Below, piece after piece: positions 63,361 through 64,000 of a DNA stretch of 64,000 bases. Below the pieces are notes generated by a model that saw only the letters and a program-made list of their open reading frames with translations, had not been told where the DNA came from and ran no database searches. The position numbers were made by a program, and so were the translations under genes. How positions within the stretch are numbered: position 1 is the stretch's first letter; each line of letters starts with the position of its first letter. This DNA is from an uncultured Chloroflexia bacterium (lineage in GTDB: Bacteria; Chloroflexota; Anaerolineae; B4-G1; SLSP01): NCBI GenBank assembly GCA_963751345.1, contig CAVVUS010000011.1, forward strand, positions 320,001 through 384,000, read 5' to 3'.

Positions 63361-64000
63361 CTACGCGTCCAGACAGCCAAGCAGAGCGTCGATCAGCCGG
63401 TCTTCATCGACGATGCCTGCGGGCAGGGGCCAGCCCCGCGCGATGAGCGCCTCGGCGACCTGAGTGGCTATGGGCTGTTCGAGCCCCCATTCCTGCAGTC
63501 GCTCTCGCTGCGAGAAGACCTCCGGGGCGCTGCCACCCGAAACCGTGGTCCCTTCCAGCATCACGGTGACGTGGTCGCAGAGGGCGGCAATGTCCTCCAT
63601 CTGGTGACTGGAGAGGACTAAGGTCATAGCGCCAGCAGCCTGGCGGGCGCCAGCAGCTTGGCAGGGCGCCTGGCGGCACTGCAGGTGCGCCAGGCGCGTC
63701 TCAGGTGCGCCGGCGCCCCCGTCGGGGTGGGGCATTGCGTGCCCATCTCCTTCCTGCCCGAACCGGCGGAGCTGGGCGAGAAGCTCATGTCGTGAGGCGG
63801 GGTCCAGGCCGGCCGTGGGTTCGTCGAGCAGGAGGACCGCAGGGCGGAGGGCGAGAATGGAGGCCAACGCGACCTTGCGTTTCTCCCCCCCGCTCAACGC
63901 AAACGTCAGTCGATCCTTGAAACCCTCGAAATCGAGCCCCACCAGGCCCATCGCCCACCGGACACGCTCCCTGAGCGCCTCCCCGTCGAGCCCTGCCAGG
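63361..64000 (-). CDS. ecfA: ECF transporter ATPase (3' part; truncated by the window edge)
   Basis: [29 protein letters not shown]. Confidence 0.9.
   Translation of the reverse strand, partial: LAGLDGEALRERVRWAMGLVGLDFEGFKDRLTFALSGGEKRKVALASILALRPAVLLLDEPTAGLDPASRHELLAQLRRFGQEGDGHAMPHPDGGAGAPETRLAHLQCRQAPCQAAGARQAAGAMTLVLSSHQMEDIAALCDHVTVMLEGTTVSGGSAPEVFSQRERLQEWGLEQPIATQVAEALIARGWPLPAGIVDEDRLIDALLGCLDA

Overview
GC-rich bacterial chromosomal window. Gene content and protein styles suggest an anaerobic Chloroflexota (Anaerolineae-like) genome; this is inference, as there is no marker gene here. It carries about 55 CDS. These include a radical SAM gene, a xanthine-dehydrogenase-family Mo enzyme, NarL-type regulators, a LysW-like/KamA/ATP-grasp/deacetylase locus, fbaB, rnhA, a kinase + TIGR04282/TIGR04283-type transferase cluster with CruF-like and tocopherol-cyclase-like genes, an ABC exporter pair, hpt, a long ilv-leu-cimA operon, a Glu/Leu/Phe/Val dehydrogenase and ECF subunits. 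About 20 genes carry frameshifts, most likely consensus indel errors. No CRISPR array, tRNA, rRNA or transposase was found. Three main discoveries: (1) a stand-alone, ~390-430 nt, highly structured non-coding RNA (41343-41775) with its own consensus sigma70 promoter, nested long-range helices, a candidate pseudoknot and a terminator, which matches no family I recognise; (2) two leader-peptide attenuators in series upstream of ilvB; (3) a non-canonical LysW-like protein beside a beta-lysine/ATP-grasp/deacylase operon.
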